A DNA stretch of 55,609 nucleotides, counting the filler, from Circinaria calcarea (lineage: Eukaryota): NCBI GenBank assembly GCA_051942165.1. It is 2 parts of 2 records of this genome, joined end to end, with 100 filler letters (N's around TTAATTAATTAA, not from the genome) between each part and the next. Parts side by side here need not be neighbours in the genome. Positions count along the whole stretch, not along the records: positions 1 to 27,766 come from JAVECS010000062.1; 1 more part is not named here. One strand, 5' to 3'. The position numbers and the translations under genes were made by a program. Positions 1 to 11,769 of the stretch are shown here, piece by piece (the stretch's first letter is position 1; the number at the start of each line of letters is the position of its first letter). The notes beneath the pieces are model-generated. The model worked only from the letters and a program-made list of their open reading frames with translations, had not been told where the DNA came from and made no database searches.

Positions 1-346
1 TCTTAACGTTTTTAAATCGATTATAATTAATTTTTTTTTATTATTATTAATACGAGTATAATATAAAGTTTTTTAAAAATATATTAATTTTTAATAAAAT
101 TATAATTTTTTTTTTTTTAATATTTAAATAAAATATTAATAATAGAAAGTAATATATTAAAAAAAAAAAAATTTATAATTATAATTATTATTTTTATATT
201 TAAATCTCGAGTTTCTATCTCCGCTGATATTAATTCCGGAATTAATATATTTAAAATAAATTTTATTTTATAATATTTTAAAATTTCGATATATAAAAAT
301 TATTTAATTATTTTCTTTAATTTTAAAATCTCGATAATTAATATAA
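1..346. repeat. Extremely AT-rich, probably RIP-eroded transposon remnant at the contig start
   Basis: Almost only A/T with abundant TpA and few C/G. There is an abrupt switch to normal GC at ~350, the typical appearance of repeat-induced point mutation in ascomycetes. Confidence 0.65.
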
Positions 347-728
347 TATAAGGGCGTGTTATGGCGTGCCCGCCATGACATGCGCTAGACCGGGTCGGGA
401 AGGATCGCGGGCCGGAGGAACCCACACCACCGAGGTGCTCAGTGTGCTCATGGTGCTCAGGGAGATGAGCAGAGTGAGCAGGGTGAGCAGGGTGCTCAGT
501 GTGCTCATGGTGCTCATGGAGATGAGCAGAGTGAGCAAGGTGAGCAGGGTATTATATATAGCAGGCTATTCCCGCTCTTTAGAATAGCATGCTTATAGAC
601 CGTGTTCAATAGACCCCATACTATTGAGCCTAGGGCAACAGTTCAACTACACCCTATGTAACCGTGCTATTACCAATCGAGACTTAACATATTCCTCATT
701 AAGTCTCAAGGATTGCAGCGCCCTTACA
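347..728. mobile_element. Putative LTR / small element with 10-bp inverted termini
   Basis: TATAAGGGCG (347-356) versus CGCCCTTACA (719-728, reverse complement TGTAAGGGCG). This gives TG..CA termini with one RIP-type G>A change. TATA-like TATATATA at ~553. It abuts the AT-rich relic. No TSD seen. Confidence 0.5.
434..547. repeat. Two tandem 57-bp units, each 3x TGCTCA then 3x TGAGCA at ~9-bp spacing
   Basis: TGCTCA at 436, 445, 454, 493, 502, 511. Its reverse complement TGAGCA at 466, 475, 484, 523, 532, 541. Confidence 0.9.
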
Positions 729-970
729 GTCGCGAGGAAAACCTTTCCCGCTAAGCTAATACCCCGTGACCTCTGTGTATAGCTCACCCGTAGGGTTCCT
801 AGGGGTTCTCGGGTAGAGCCCTTATAGTCGTGCCCTGATTTAAACTCTTCTACTTATTTTTAGTTTCAGGGCAATGCCCACTCAATGGGAAGGGAGGTGA
901 TAAGCAGTGAAGACTGTCCGTGGAATTGCTGGTCTCTGTCGCGAGAATTGCTTCTCCGAAGACAAGTAGA

Positions 971-3900
971 ATGCCAAAATCGTCTATGCCGGAAATGAGT
1001 CCGCCAACTGTTCCTCCTCTGTCGTTGTCCGAGACTATCACAGAGCCCGGTGATCCCGAAGAACATGAGCCAAGGGCGACTGAGGCGGTGGCGAGGAAGA
1101 AACATTCAGGAAACGGCATGAGCCCGTCAAGAACGTTTGAGAATGATGAACAACCCATGGCCTCGCGGTTTCCCCAGCTGTCCAACTTTCACCCCACCTC
1201 GCCAGACACAGCTACTTCGCCGTCACAGCCTGAAGGCGAAGATGAAGAGCCAGCTACAGCGACTGGTTTCGAGAGAACTGCTAGTCCAACTACCGCTATG
1301 TTGCGGAACCGAGGAGCTGTATATGAAAAAGTTGGGGAGGATGGTGTTAGCAAGATGCACAAGTTTTCGCTATACGAGACAGCAAGTCGCTTTTTCTTGG
1401 TTGGAGCTGACGTTATGGACCGCAAATTCAGAATTCTGAAGATCGATAGGACTAGTGAGTCCGGCGATCTGAGCGTCGCGGAGGATGACATTGTGTACAC
1501 GAAGAAAGAGATGAATCAGCTTCTAAACGCGATTGATGACGGGAACAAAAGCTCAGGTGGCCTCAAACTGAGGAGCAGCAGCTGGGGTTTGCTGGGTTTC
1601 ATTAGGTTTACAGGCGAGTATTACATGATGTTGATAACGAAGAGAAGCCAAGTTGCTATGATCGGAGGTCATTACATTTACCAAATCGACGGTACTGAAC
1701 TCGTCTCGCTGACAAGTTTTTCGTCGAGCCGCTACAAGCTTGATCGGCATCCCGAGGAAGCACGTTTCGTAAGCATCCTGAGCAACTTAGATCTCTCGCG
1801 GTCTTTCTACTTCAGCTATTCTTACGATATAACTCACAACCTCCAACACAATATCCGTCGAGAGCGTGATGCCCTCCGTACTGGTAATCCAGCGACACGC
1901 ACTCCTTGTGTCGAGTACAACAAAATGTTCGTTTGGAACCATCATCTTCTAGAACCTGCAGCAAGAGCTCTAAAGAATACTTTTGATTGGTGTCTTCCGA
2001 TCATGCACGGCTTTGTGGATCAAGCCCGTATAGTATTCTTTCGTCTTGTTGCCAATCTCAATTGACTGTGCCACTAGGACTATCAATATATGGTCGGACC
2101 GTTTATATAACGATCATTGCCAGGCGGTCTCGCTTCTTCGCTGGTGCAAGATTTCTCAAAAGAGGAGCGAATGACTTAGTATAGTCAACCCGCTTCGACA
2201 CTGTTCAATGTCAGACTAACTTTCAATTTGACTTAGGGCTTTGTGGCGAATGATGTCGAAACTGAGCAGATTGTTTCAGAGATGCTAACGACGTCGTTTC
2301 ATGCTCCTGGCCTTGGACTCTTTGCTAATCCTAATTACACATCTTATGTGCAGCATCGGGGGAGTATTCCTCTTTACTGGACGCAGGATAATACCGGCGT
2401 TACTCCGAAGCCTGACATTGAATGTATATCAGGCCTTTCTAAAATTCGGATTCTTAACTAATTTGAGAGTAGTAAATCTTGTGGACCCCTTTTATGGCGC
2501 TGCAGCACTTCACTTTGACAACCTTTTCGCAAGATATGGTGCGCCCATCTTTGTATTGAACCTGGTCAAAGTAGGAGTGGTAAATATCAATATATAACAG
2601 TAATATATGCTAAATCAGAACAGTCTCGTGAACGAACTCCACGAGAATCGATCTTGCTTAAGGAATACACCAACGCAATCGAATATCTCAACCAATTTCT
2701 ACCGAAAGACAAGAAGATTCTATATAACGCGTGGGATATGAGCAGGGCATCAAAGAGGTCAGAATGGCTTTCTCTACCCGATGTTGCAACTTACTGAGTA
2801 TCCGCTTCCTAGTCGTGACCAGGATGTTATAAGCACTTTGGAGTCCATTGCAGATGGTGTACTTGCAACGACAAGCTTCTTTCACAATGGTGACGGTCAG
2901 GAAGACGAAATCAAAATGCAAAATGGCGTTGCAAGGACGAATTGCATTGATTGCCTAGACCGTACTAATGCTGCCCAATTTGTAATCGGCAAGCGCGCTC
3001 TGGGCCATCAGCTGCATGCACTAGGGGTTATCAGTGGTACATCTATTGATTATGATACCGATGCAGTCGACTTGTTTACACACATGTAAGAACAGCAAGG
3101 TCCGTTTCCTATTCTTCAAGCTAACTCATTAAGGTATCACGATCATGGTGACACAATTGCTATTCAGTACGGTGGTTCACATCTTGTGAACACTATGGAA
3201 ACTTATAGGAAGATCAATCAATGGACCAGTCATTCCCGCGATATGGTTGAGAGTTTCAAACGCTACTATAACAACTCATTCCTCGATGCCCAACGTCAAG
3301 AAGCGTACAATCTTTTCCTCGGCAATTATGTATTTGCCCAAGGTCAACCTATGCTGTGGGACCTCTCAACAGACTACTATCTCCACCACACGGATCCGCG
3401 AGCCTGGTCAAACTTACAGCGGAGAAGTTATATCGAATGGTTTACTCCCACCTATCTGGTACGCCAAGAAATGCCAAAGGCCCAAAAAATAAAGGTATCT
3501 ACCACTGATAGAACACTTCGGTTCTATGATGACTATTGGCTGGAGTACTATCGTCCGCTCGTCATCTCCTCCTTTCAGAAAATGTTCTCCTATAAGATGA
3601 ACTCAACTCTGAAATACATTCCAGTTAAGTCTACCCAGGAAGGCCGATACGATCTTAGTCCATTCCGAGTTAGAGATGGGACTGAGCAAGACACGACCGA
3701 AAAGCCTCGTCCGCTCAAAGGTGTGACCATTGTAGACCCTCAAAAACAGGAGGGTGAAAGCAACTTAACAGAAGTCGGGCTTGCTGCTGCAATAAACAAT
3801 GCCCTCCCAAAGCGGACTCATCCTTATAACGAGCCAACGCTTGTGCACCAAAGTATCCTAAAGGATACCCACTCAGGACCCACCAAAGCTCGAGCTAACG

Positions 3901-4301
3901 CTACCAAGGATGACAAGCTTCCAAAGGATAAATCTGCAATAGCTCAGTGGACTCTAAATCAATTCGTGTTGAACTCCTTAGATCCTTCAGTATCTAGCAG
4001 CGAAATGAACGAGTACGGTCGATACATTAGCCATCCATTGAATCTGCCGCTGGTTGTCTCAACAGAGGCTCCACCGGATCCAAGTCTAGAATTTCGCGCT
4101 TACGTCAACAGTGTCTCTTCGGACGCTCTTTTGAACTTACATTCCACCGAGGAAGACATCGCGGATTATGCAGAATTCCTAGATGTCGGCGAAGCTCCGT
4201 TAACTGTAACCGAAGCCGATACTCCGAAGAAGCGTTATAAGGCCTATCGACAGTGGTTGAAGGGCAAGTCACTTTTCAAGCAGCAACGCATCGATCCTTG
4301 A
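971..4301 (+). CDS. FIG4: Polyphosphoinositide (PI(3,5)P2) 5-phosphatase Fig4/Sac3
   Basis: SAC domain ([28 protein letters not shown]) and catalytic CIDCLDRT motif. Introns 2028-2077, 2179-2236, 2424-2472, 2571-2623, 2758-2812 and 3086-3133 join the ORF pieces in frame. The ATG choice (971) is approximate. Confidence 0.95.
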
Positions 4302-4409
4302 GGCCAGTACCAGTGTTCAAGCAAATCTACCACCATGGCTTTGTGAATGAGTAATTGACCCTACCCTTGACAGCCTTAGAACACCACTTAAGATAGTTTG
4401 AACCATACT

Positions 4410-6212
4410 TCATGCTTCTAATAATTCCTTGAGACTCGCATTGCTCTTTATCAGCATTGCACTCTCTTCGTCAACATCAATATTCGTCGCTTTCAATGCT
4501 GCTGTCAGGAGCTTCGACGTCTGTTGCAGCTGGTGCGCTACGGATTGGAGCTTCTGGGAAGGAACTTGCTCTTCCTGCATCCTGCACCAGCAAATCGCCA
4601 GAGCTTTCCAGATATCGCCTCTATAATAGCTTACTCGAGGCCAATTATTCAAAATGATAGCATCGAGCGCTCGAGTTGCAGCATGCAGCAAGGGCGTATA
4701 TGCGGTCGAGAATGGCGATGAGAGGATCTCGGAAACTAGTGGGACTAGGTCCTACCGAATCCGGTTTCAGTATATCAACACCAACAACAGATCGCTGCTC
4801 TACCTTGAGATGTTTGACCGACCATATACCCATTTCGTTGACCAAATCCGCTATTTTGTCTACCAGCATCTCTCCAATCCTAACATACTCCCCTGCATGA
4901 GAATATCCTCTCAGAACCCCCGTTCGGAGAATTCTATCGAGAGAACGCAATCTTAGTTTCCGAGAGTCTTCTTCGGGATTTTTTGCTCGGATCAAAATAA
5001 GCAGGGTCGGGTACACTGCGCCAAGTAACCGTAGCGACTCGTCTTCCGGGGTCAACGTTGGGAGATACGAGAGACATGGCATTAGGGCATCATGAAAGAC
5101 ATCACCTAGACCGGTTCGGTGCAGCAACGAAGGTGGTGTAATCTTCAAAAACATCACTAATAGCTCACAACCCTTGACCTTGTTGTCAATGGCTCCGTCG
5201 TCTAGGATTGCCAGTAAAGGAGGAATGATAAGCGGCCAGTTTTCCTCAAGCGCGGATGCCTATGACAAGTAAGCGATTCTGCATAAGGGAAACACGGATC
5301 GAAAGAAGCGTACATCAAGCTGACCCAGAACCCATCGGAAGACGGTGACAGCGTACAAATTTTGGAATTTCCATGGTTTGGATTCCATCTCAGTCTCACT
5401 GAAGTCGACAGGATCTGGTAAACTGCTGATCGCTTTACGACCCTGTCTAGTGATACCGGAAGTCTTGGTCCTGGCAAAATATGGCTTAATTTGCTCCTCA
5501 AGAAGGCTGCGGATGAGATCTCGGGCCTGCTTGCACCCCTTTGCGTTACTGAAGCAGCCAAGTTCTTCCAGCAGACAGTGAGCATCCTTAGAGGCTTCCG
5601 TGGTAGTCCAAGCGTCCCTGTCGTCCGTAAAAGCGGCCAAACACGTGACAAGGTCCAGTAGATAGTTTCTGCGGAGTGTGAGAAAGTTGGAGTGGAGATG
5701 TGAAAGTAGCTGTAGTCCGACCGTAGCTATGGCACAGCATCTTGTAATCTCAGTGGATGATATCTTCTCTGGTGGATCTGGCCTGGCGTTAAATTCATGA
5801 TCTAGACATTATAGAGAAGGGACTGACTCGGGTCAAAGGGTGACTGTTTGGCGAATACTTTTCCCGGCAGAATCATGGATATGGTCCATTGCTGTATTCG
5901 AGTGGCGGTGGCCTCGCCATCGCTGACGTCTTTGATCCGTGAGGGGCTTCGTAGGCATGCCTCAGCTAGCAGGATACTCTCGTGAACCTTGACAGTATTA
6001 GCTGTAGGTGCATGGTTTTATGTGTCGTGTCATCATGCCGTGAAGCTGTCGTGACCGTCCTGCAGTTCTAAGAGCTGAAGGATCTCATCGAGGTTCACGT
6101 CATTTGGCAGTTGCTCTACAATGTCCTCAGGAACAAGATGTCCTTCTCCCCCTTCACCGTTACGGTGCGCCAGCTCGCGGGCAGCCTTGCGTATACCATC
6201 AGGTTCTTGCAT
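4410..6212 (-). CDS. TTI2: Tti2-family protein (TTT / Tel2 co-chaperone complex subunit)
   Basis: WPLIIPPLLAILDD..K.KG..LL..FL...P..LL.RTGL..VF..ALMPCLSYLPTLTPEDES segment characteristic of fungal Tti2. The 3' introns resolve cleanly. The 5' exon structure (5800-6040) is uncertain. Confidence 0.8.
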
Positions 6213-6919
6213 GACCGACGGTGTCAAAAGAGCCTAAACCACATTCCTTTCCTTTAAGCGGCTTTTTCAAGTTAAATATTCCAAAAAGATTCTATGGGTG
6301 ACAAAATGATGGAAAGTGCCCCATGAAACACGTAGTAATGGCAAAGCGGAATTGCTACGTTTAATAGGTGCTACGACGTGAGATTAGTTTTTTCAGTACC
6401 TGTGTCTAATTCATCTCTGGTGTCTCGCATTTTCTTTAACAACGCCAGGGCCAATATGTCGTACTTTTGGATGCTCGATATAAGTTTACCTACATTTGTA
6501 TGGTTTCATTGATTGGGCTATATATCCTTCTTTAATAGGGGCCATTGACGGAACTACCATCCGCCTTGCTTCACACAAGAAAGGCTGGACAGTGACATTC
6601 CTGCGCTAAGACGTTTAGAGCGCAACACATCAACTTCTATGCCCTAGTTGAGCTATTGACTATGGCTTTCATCTGTATATAACTTTCTTCGTGACTTAGA
6701 GCTAGAAGTTGCTAATCTTCTGCCCTTAGCTCGGGTTTGCCGATGGCAGTTCTCCTAACAGTAATAAGCAAATATTAAGCCCTAGAAGAAGACTTTATTG
6801 ACTTACGGCAATCGATCAAGTTTAGGTAGCAAAAGTGTATCTAGAACGACTACCTTAGTAGGTAGTAATCCCATCTCGGTCTGCGAAAGACATTCTGGAA
6901 GGAAGTCCCTTTTAGAAGC

Positions 6920-8695
6920 TCAGGGCAACCCAAGCTCTCTCTTGCACCGAATGACCTCTGCAACACCATCTTCGGCTTGGACGTTTCCGGGATTACGAAG
7001 CTGCCACTCCATCGCAATATTCTTTGCAGCTACCAACCATTTACCGCCCTTCATATGGAAGGCTTTCTTCAAGCGCTCGCCGTCGACGATTGGTTCTATC
7101 GCATCAGCATCGAGAAGATCGAGATCTCGAAGTTCCGATAGCCAAGCTGCATATTGTTTTATAAGATGCTGACGATCTAAAGGGGTATCAGCTAGGACCA
7201 TCATAATACTCGTATACTCCGGACCACCCACCTTCAGGCTGCTCACAGTTCATTACTTGCAGCAGCAAGCCAAACATCACGCTACTTCGCCAATGTGGAC
7301 CCCAACGGCGGATTGCCATACCCAATACGCCGCGATCGGCTCTCCCTGATTTCCTCTTTAAAGAAGGGCCACCTGAATTGAGGTCAATGATAACAGCATC
7401 TTTGAACATATTAGTCTCTTTCATATCAAGAACTGCATTCTTAATTACGGAAACAATTTTGTTGTTAAACTTAAGACCTTCCCGAGCAACGGTTGATGCG
7501 AGTGGTGGACGAGACTTTGTGCTTCCATTGTTCGCCACTGGAGGTTCTACCGCCGCCCACGGGACAAGAGCACTGAGAAGCCAACTAAGATACAACTCTT
7601 CGTTGTCTCTAATCAAAATTCGGCAAATAAGCTGATGCTCCCAAGGTCCCTCATGTCCTGGTATAATTGACTTAGTGATATCAAGAAGCACTTCATATGA
7701 TCTTGACCATTGATCCGTGTTCACCATAGCAACATCGCGTTTCGTTGGATCAGTGAAAATCGTGTCATACAAACCCAAGCGATCGATAAGACGTAGAGCT
7801 TGGTAAGGATCTGGTCCTGCGGAGTAGTTTCAGCTTTGCGTTTTCAAAAGTGCCTAATGCTTCGCCCACCTCTTAAGGTCTTCTCGATCTCTATTCCCAC
7901 CCTCTCACGAGTAATTTTGAGGCGTAAGGCATCTTTGATGCCTTCATCACTCATATACTTCTGGACCTCAGGATCAATGCTGTAACCTAGTTTACTCGCA
8001 AAACGTATGCACCTTAAGATCCTAAGAGGATCGTCCTTGAAGGTTTGATAAGGCGAAAGGGGTGTCCTGATGATTCTGGAGTCCATGTCCGCCAAGCCTC
8101 TTTCAGTGAAATCTTCGACCTTGGCTGTGGTCAAATTGTAGAAGAGAGCGTTCACAGTGGAGTCTCGACGCAGAGCATCCTCTTTGGGAGAACCGAATTC
8201 CATAGTCGGGTTGCGGCTATCCCCGACGTATGTCTCTTTCCGGAGATTGACAAGATCGATCTCAAGTCCCAGGATTTTGGTTGTGACCGTCTCAAGATGC
8301 TTCGATTTCTCCGGGTTGGCGACGATCCTTGCTAGCCCACCGAGAACATGTTCCCCGTATTGAGTTTCTCTTTTCGGATCGGCCAGGTATTGCTTCATCA
8401 GTGTACCAAATTGAAAACCTGTCATCGAGCTAATGCCAATGTCAATGTCCTTGCTGGTCGTACCGAGTAACTTGTCTCGCACCCAACCGCCGGTGAATCG
8501 GAGCTCTGGTTTCGTATACCCATCCTGGCACCCAATGTAATCTGATACGTCGAGCAACAGCTGCCGGAGCCTCTTCTCCGGCAGAGTAAGGGTAATCTCT
8601 CGTGTCATCCTAGATTTCGACGAACGCGAAATTATACAACGTATCCTGGGACCAATCTTCTTGGGGAGAAAAGATTGAAGCACTTTATTGACCAT
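6920..8695 (-). CDS. CCA1: CCA tRNA nucleotidyltransferase
   Basis: GGWVRDKLLG..DIDI, NLRKETY, EDALRRD.TVNA and DDPLRILR.IRFA motifs. Introns 7817-7869 and 7177-7231. Second in-frame ATG at 8608. Confidence 0.95.
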
Positions 8696-9046
8696 GAGTC
8701 AGAACAGAAACGTACGTAGTACAAGTTGAACAGATTAGGAAGATTTCTGAATGATACCATAATGTAGTTCGTACGGTACTACAGTCTCCTCAAACGAGAT
8801 AGGTTTTGCCAAAGACGGGTGCAAGGAAATCAACTGCTCTCTAACAATCGTTTGAGTTGAGTGACAGAGAACGTTATTTCAGCCCTACACAGCCCAGGTA
8901 AGTACGGACTCTACGTAATACAAGGGGATAGGGTGAGGAAGGTGGGCCGAGGCCTCCCCACAGATTCTTCAACTGCCTTCAGTCAACCTCCGGGAGGAAG
9001 AAAATACCTTTCTGGCCGCTGCTCGCCATCCCGGCGTCCGGATAGT

Positions 9047-9983
9047 ATGGCGACAGTCGCCATGTCCGATGGTACGCTCAACGCGCCCAGTTCTACGTAA
9101 GTTTGTCTCGATGATCGAAACCGGATTACCACTGATATATCAGAATAGCGTCTACGTCCGTGAGCTACAGCTTCAAAGTTGGCTTGCCCGGCTAACACGC
9201 GCCTAGGTCAAGAACCTAGAAGAAAGGATCAAGGTTGATCAACTGAAGGAGGCTCTAAGAGAGATCTTTTCAGAATATGGCAACGTGATTGACCTGGTTG
9301 CTAAAACCAACCTCAAGGCCAAGGGCCAAGCTTTCATCGTCTTCGACGAACCCCAGGCTGCCGAGCGGGCCATTAAGGAAGTTCAAGGCTTTGAGCTTTT
9401 CGATAAGCCCATGGTTCTCGATTATGCGAGGACCAAAAGCGATGCCACTGTCCTGCAGGAGGGACATCCAGACGAGTTCGAGGCGCATAAACGAAGACGA
9501 TTGGCTGAAAAGGGTGGGTTTTTCTATTTCATTCCGGCGTATGCCCGATCTACTAAGCTGATGCTTTGCCCAAATCTAGAACGGAAACAAGCGAATGAAG
9601 CTGCTGAAGCCGAGAAGAAACTGAAGCGATCTGCCGCTGCCGGTGGTGCTGAACAAGCTGCTCGACCAGTTAAGGCGTCGCGCGGCGCTGGCCTCAAATC
9701 GTCCAATCCTGCAGCGGGTGCGGTTGTACCGGAGGAATATTTGCCGCCGAATAAGATCCTCTTCCTTCAGAATCTACCAGACGAATACGATGTTGATAGT
9801 CTGACCGCAGTCTTTGGGAGGTTTGAGGGCTTTAGGGAGGTTCGCTTGGTACCGGGAAGAAAAGGCATAGCTTTCGTGGAATACGAAGCCGAGGCTGGAG
9901 CTATCAGCGCGAAGGAGAGTACCGCTGGGATGGTTTTAGGAGAGGAAGGAAAGGTCATCAAGGTCGTTTACCAACGAAAATAA
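9047..9983 (+). CDS. U1A/U2B''-family snRNP protein (two RRMs)
   Basis: TVYVKNLEE..K, KAKGQAFIVF, PPNKILFLQNLP and GRKGIAFVEY. Introns 9097-9148, 9156-9206 and 9514-9579, with a 7-nt exon at 9149-9155. Confidence 0.93.
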
Positions 9984-10220
9984 GATACCCCTATTACATC
10001 TCGTCTTTACGGACGGGGAACCCATGAAAGACGTTAAGTACTCCTCTGCGGATATGACCATGCAACACACATAGATGTTCTACAGGCTCGCATTCAGGAA
10101 AGTAGAAAATAATAAATGCACTGGACGCCTTTGTGCACCAACTGAATGGCTTCCCCAATCTGTGCATGGAAGTGCGATTTTGACCAGATTCGAGGTGTCA
10201 TCGGTCCCTGTTTCCGAACT

Positions 10221-11473
10221 TCAGAATATCACGTCTTGATCCTCTTGCTCGCCGAGCACGTCGGAGGAGTCGGGGCCATCTGCGTTCTCCTTATTACTTC
10301 CCCGTCGCTTGGCTGCAGCCTCGCGATCCGCGATTTCAGTGTCACGTTGCTTATTATTTTTAACCTGTGTCTTTTCAGCATGAATTCGCTAGTATGCATA
10401 CCAGTTTCTGGCAAGACCCCTACTTTTTTGAGGCGGTAGAACTCTTCTCTATCAAGTTCGTCAAGCTCAGAATTGATGTCTAGCGTACGTCACTTAGGCA
10501 GAATTGCGGCGTCAAGTTGTTGAAAAGGCTTACATTTAATCGTGTTCTCTGTGCGTGGAATAATGACCTGTGAATAAAATTAAGCCTTGCAAGGTGGGAG
10601 CGATATACCAAGATTAGTACGCACATGTTCACTACAGTTGCCAGGTCAGATTGTTTAGCCCAGGTGACCCTTCAACATCAGAATTGAAACTCACATGGCA
10701 TTGACTATATGCATGTTAGCTGGTGTATCTATGTCAACTCGAAAAGCAAGACTTACCTCTCCGGTTCACTACCTTGATTACTTCGTCAAGGATAACGAAC
10801 GCAGTCTAGATGTGGAGTATGAACTTTGACAGTATCTAACGCAATCGATCTGACCTACCTGTAAACTTGCGAGTTCCACCAGTGTCTCAACAGCTCTTGC
10901 GTATGTCTCCCTGCAGCGCTGTACCTGCTGCCCACCTTTCCCCAAACCCGTCAGACCAAAATCGTTGTTGCCTTCCGTTGTGTAGCTCTCAAATGCAGGA
11001 AGAAATACACCAGACACATTCTCTTGTTTTGTTTTAACACGGAAACGCGCTTGTTTGGCCGACTCCTGGATCTGATAACCTATGTCCCCGCCGACGGCAT
11101 AGGTGACCTCTGCCAGTGAGAAGGCAGCTATCTGCATAACCCTTCCCATTTTCCTTTTAGCTTCATCAATCCTTTTCGTGATCTCTGTGTAGATTTAGCA
11201 CGGTGGATCTCATGCAGCATGTAGCTTGGCACATACCTCGGAAACGTCTGCAACGGTTTAATTAGTTCTGCCGACCAGCGTGTAGAAGTTCTTACTTCGT
11301 CAAAGCCTCGCTCTTCCTCTTTAGTAGACTGTGACCTGTCTCCGCTCCTTTGAGCTTGCCTTTCATAGCCCCGAGGGACTGCCTCGTAGGGAAGACCGCT
11401 TCCCTATCCTGTATTCACTTCAGCTTCTCTGCTCTGACAGTTATTGCGAGATAATTACCCCTGAACCCGACAT
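10221..11473 (-). CDS. VMA8: V-ATPase V1 subunit D
   Basis: Spliced product reads MSGSGDREAVFPTRQSL...LLKRKSEALTKRFR...[39 protein letters not shown]...DVIF*. Nine introns: 11409-11458, 11248-11295, 11185-11236, 10806-10858, 10705-10756, 10632-10694, 10568-10624, 10480-10533, 10365-10423. Confidence 0.96.
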
Positions 11474-11769
11474 CTTGGATAGAACAGTTGCACTCTACAA
11501 TCGAGCTCTAATCTCGACGCCAAGGTTGTTATTCACGACCTGACCTCGATGGTCTTTAATACCCTGATGACTTCAATCTCCAGTGATAAGGCTGATGACA
11601 GCCCAAACGAGAGAAAGTGCTGGATGGGAGGATAAGGTTTAGTCGGTCACGCTAAGCAGTTACCCAACTTTGGGTGACGTCCGAACTTTCTACGACAGAC
11701 AAGACGTATCTTACCTAAGAGCCCCGGTACTGCCAACCCTATCTGTCAGGCTGAGTCGTCAAAGTCACA

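Noticed and set aside
366..587. 73-aa ORF with VLSVLMVL/EMSRVSRV repeats
   Set aside because: It is simply the translation of the 9-bp-periodic DNA repeat, with a GTG start and no protein-like features.
790..810. TAGGGTT / TAGGGGTT telomere-like words near the contig start
   Set aside because: Only two degenerate units, not a (TTAGGG)n array.
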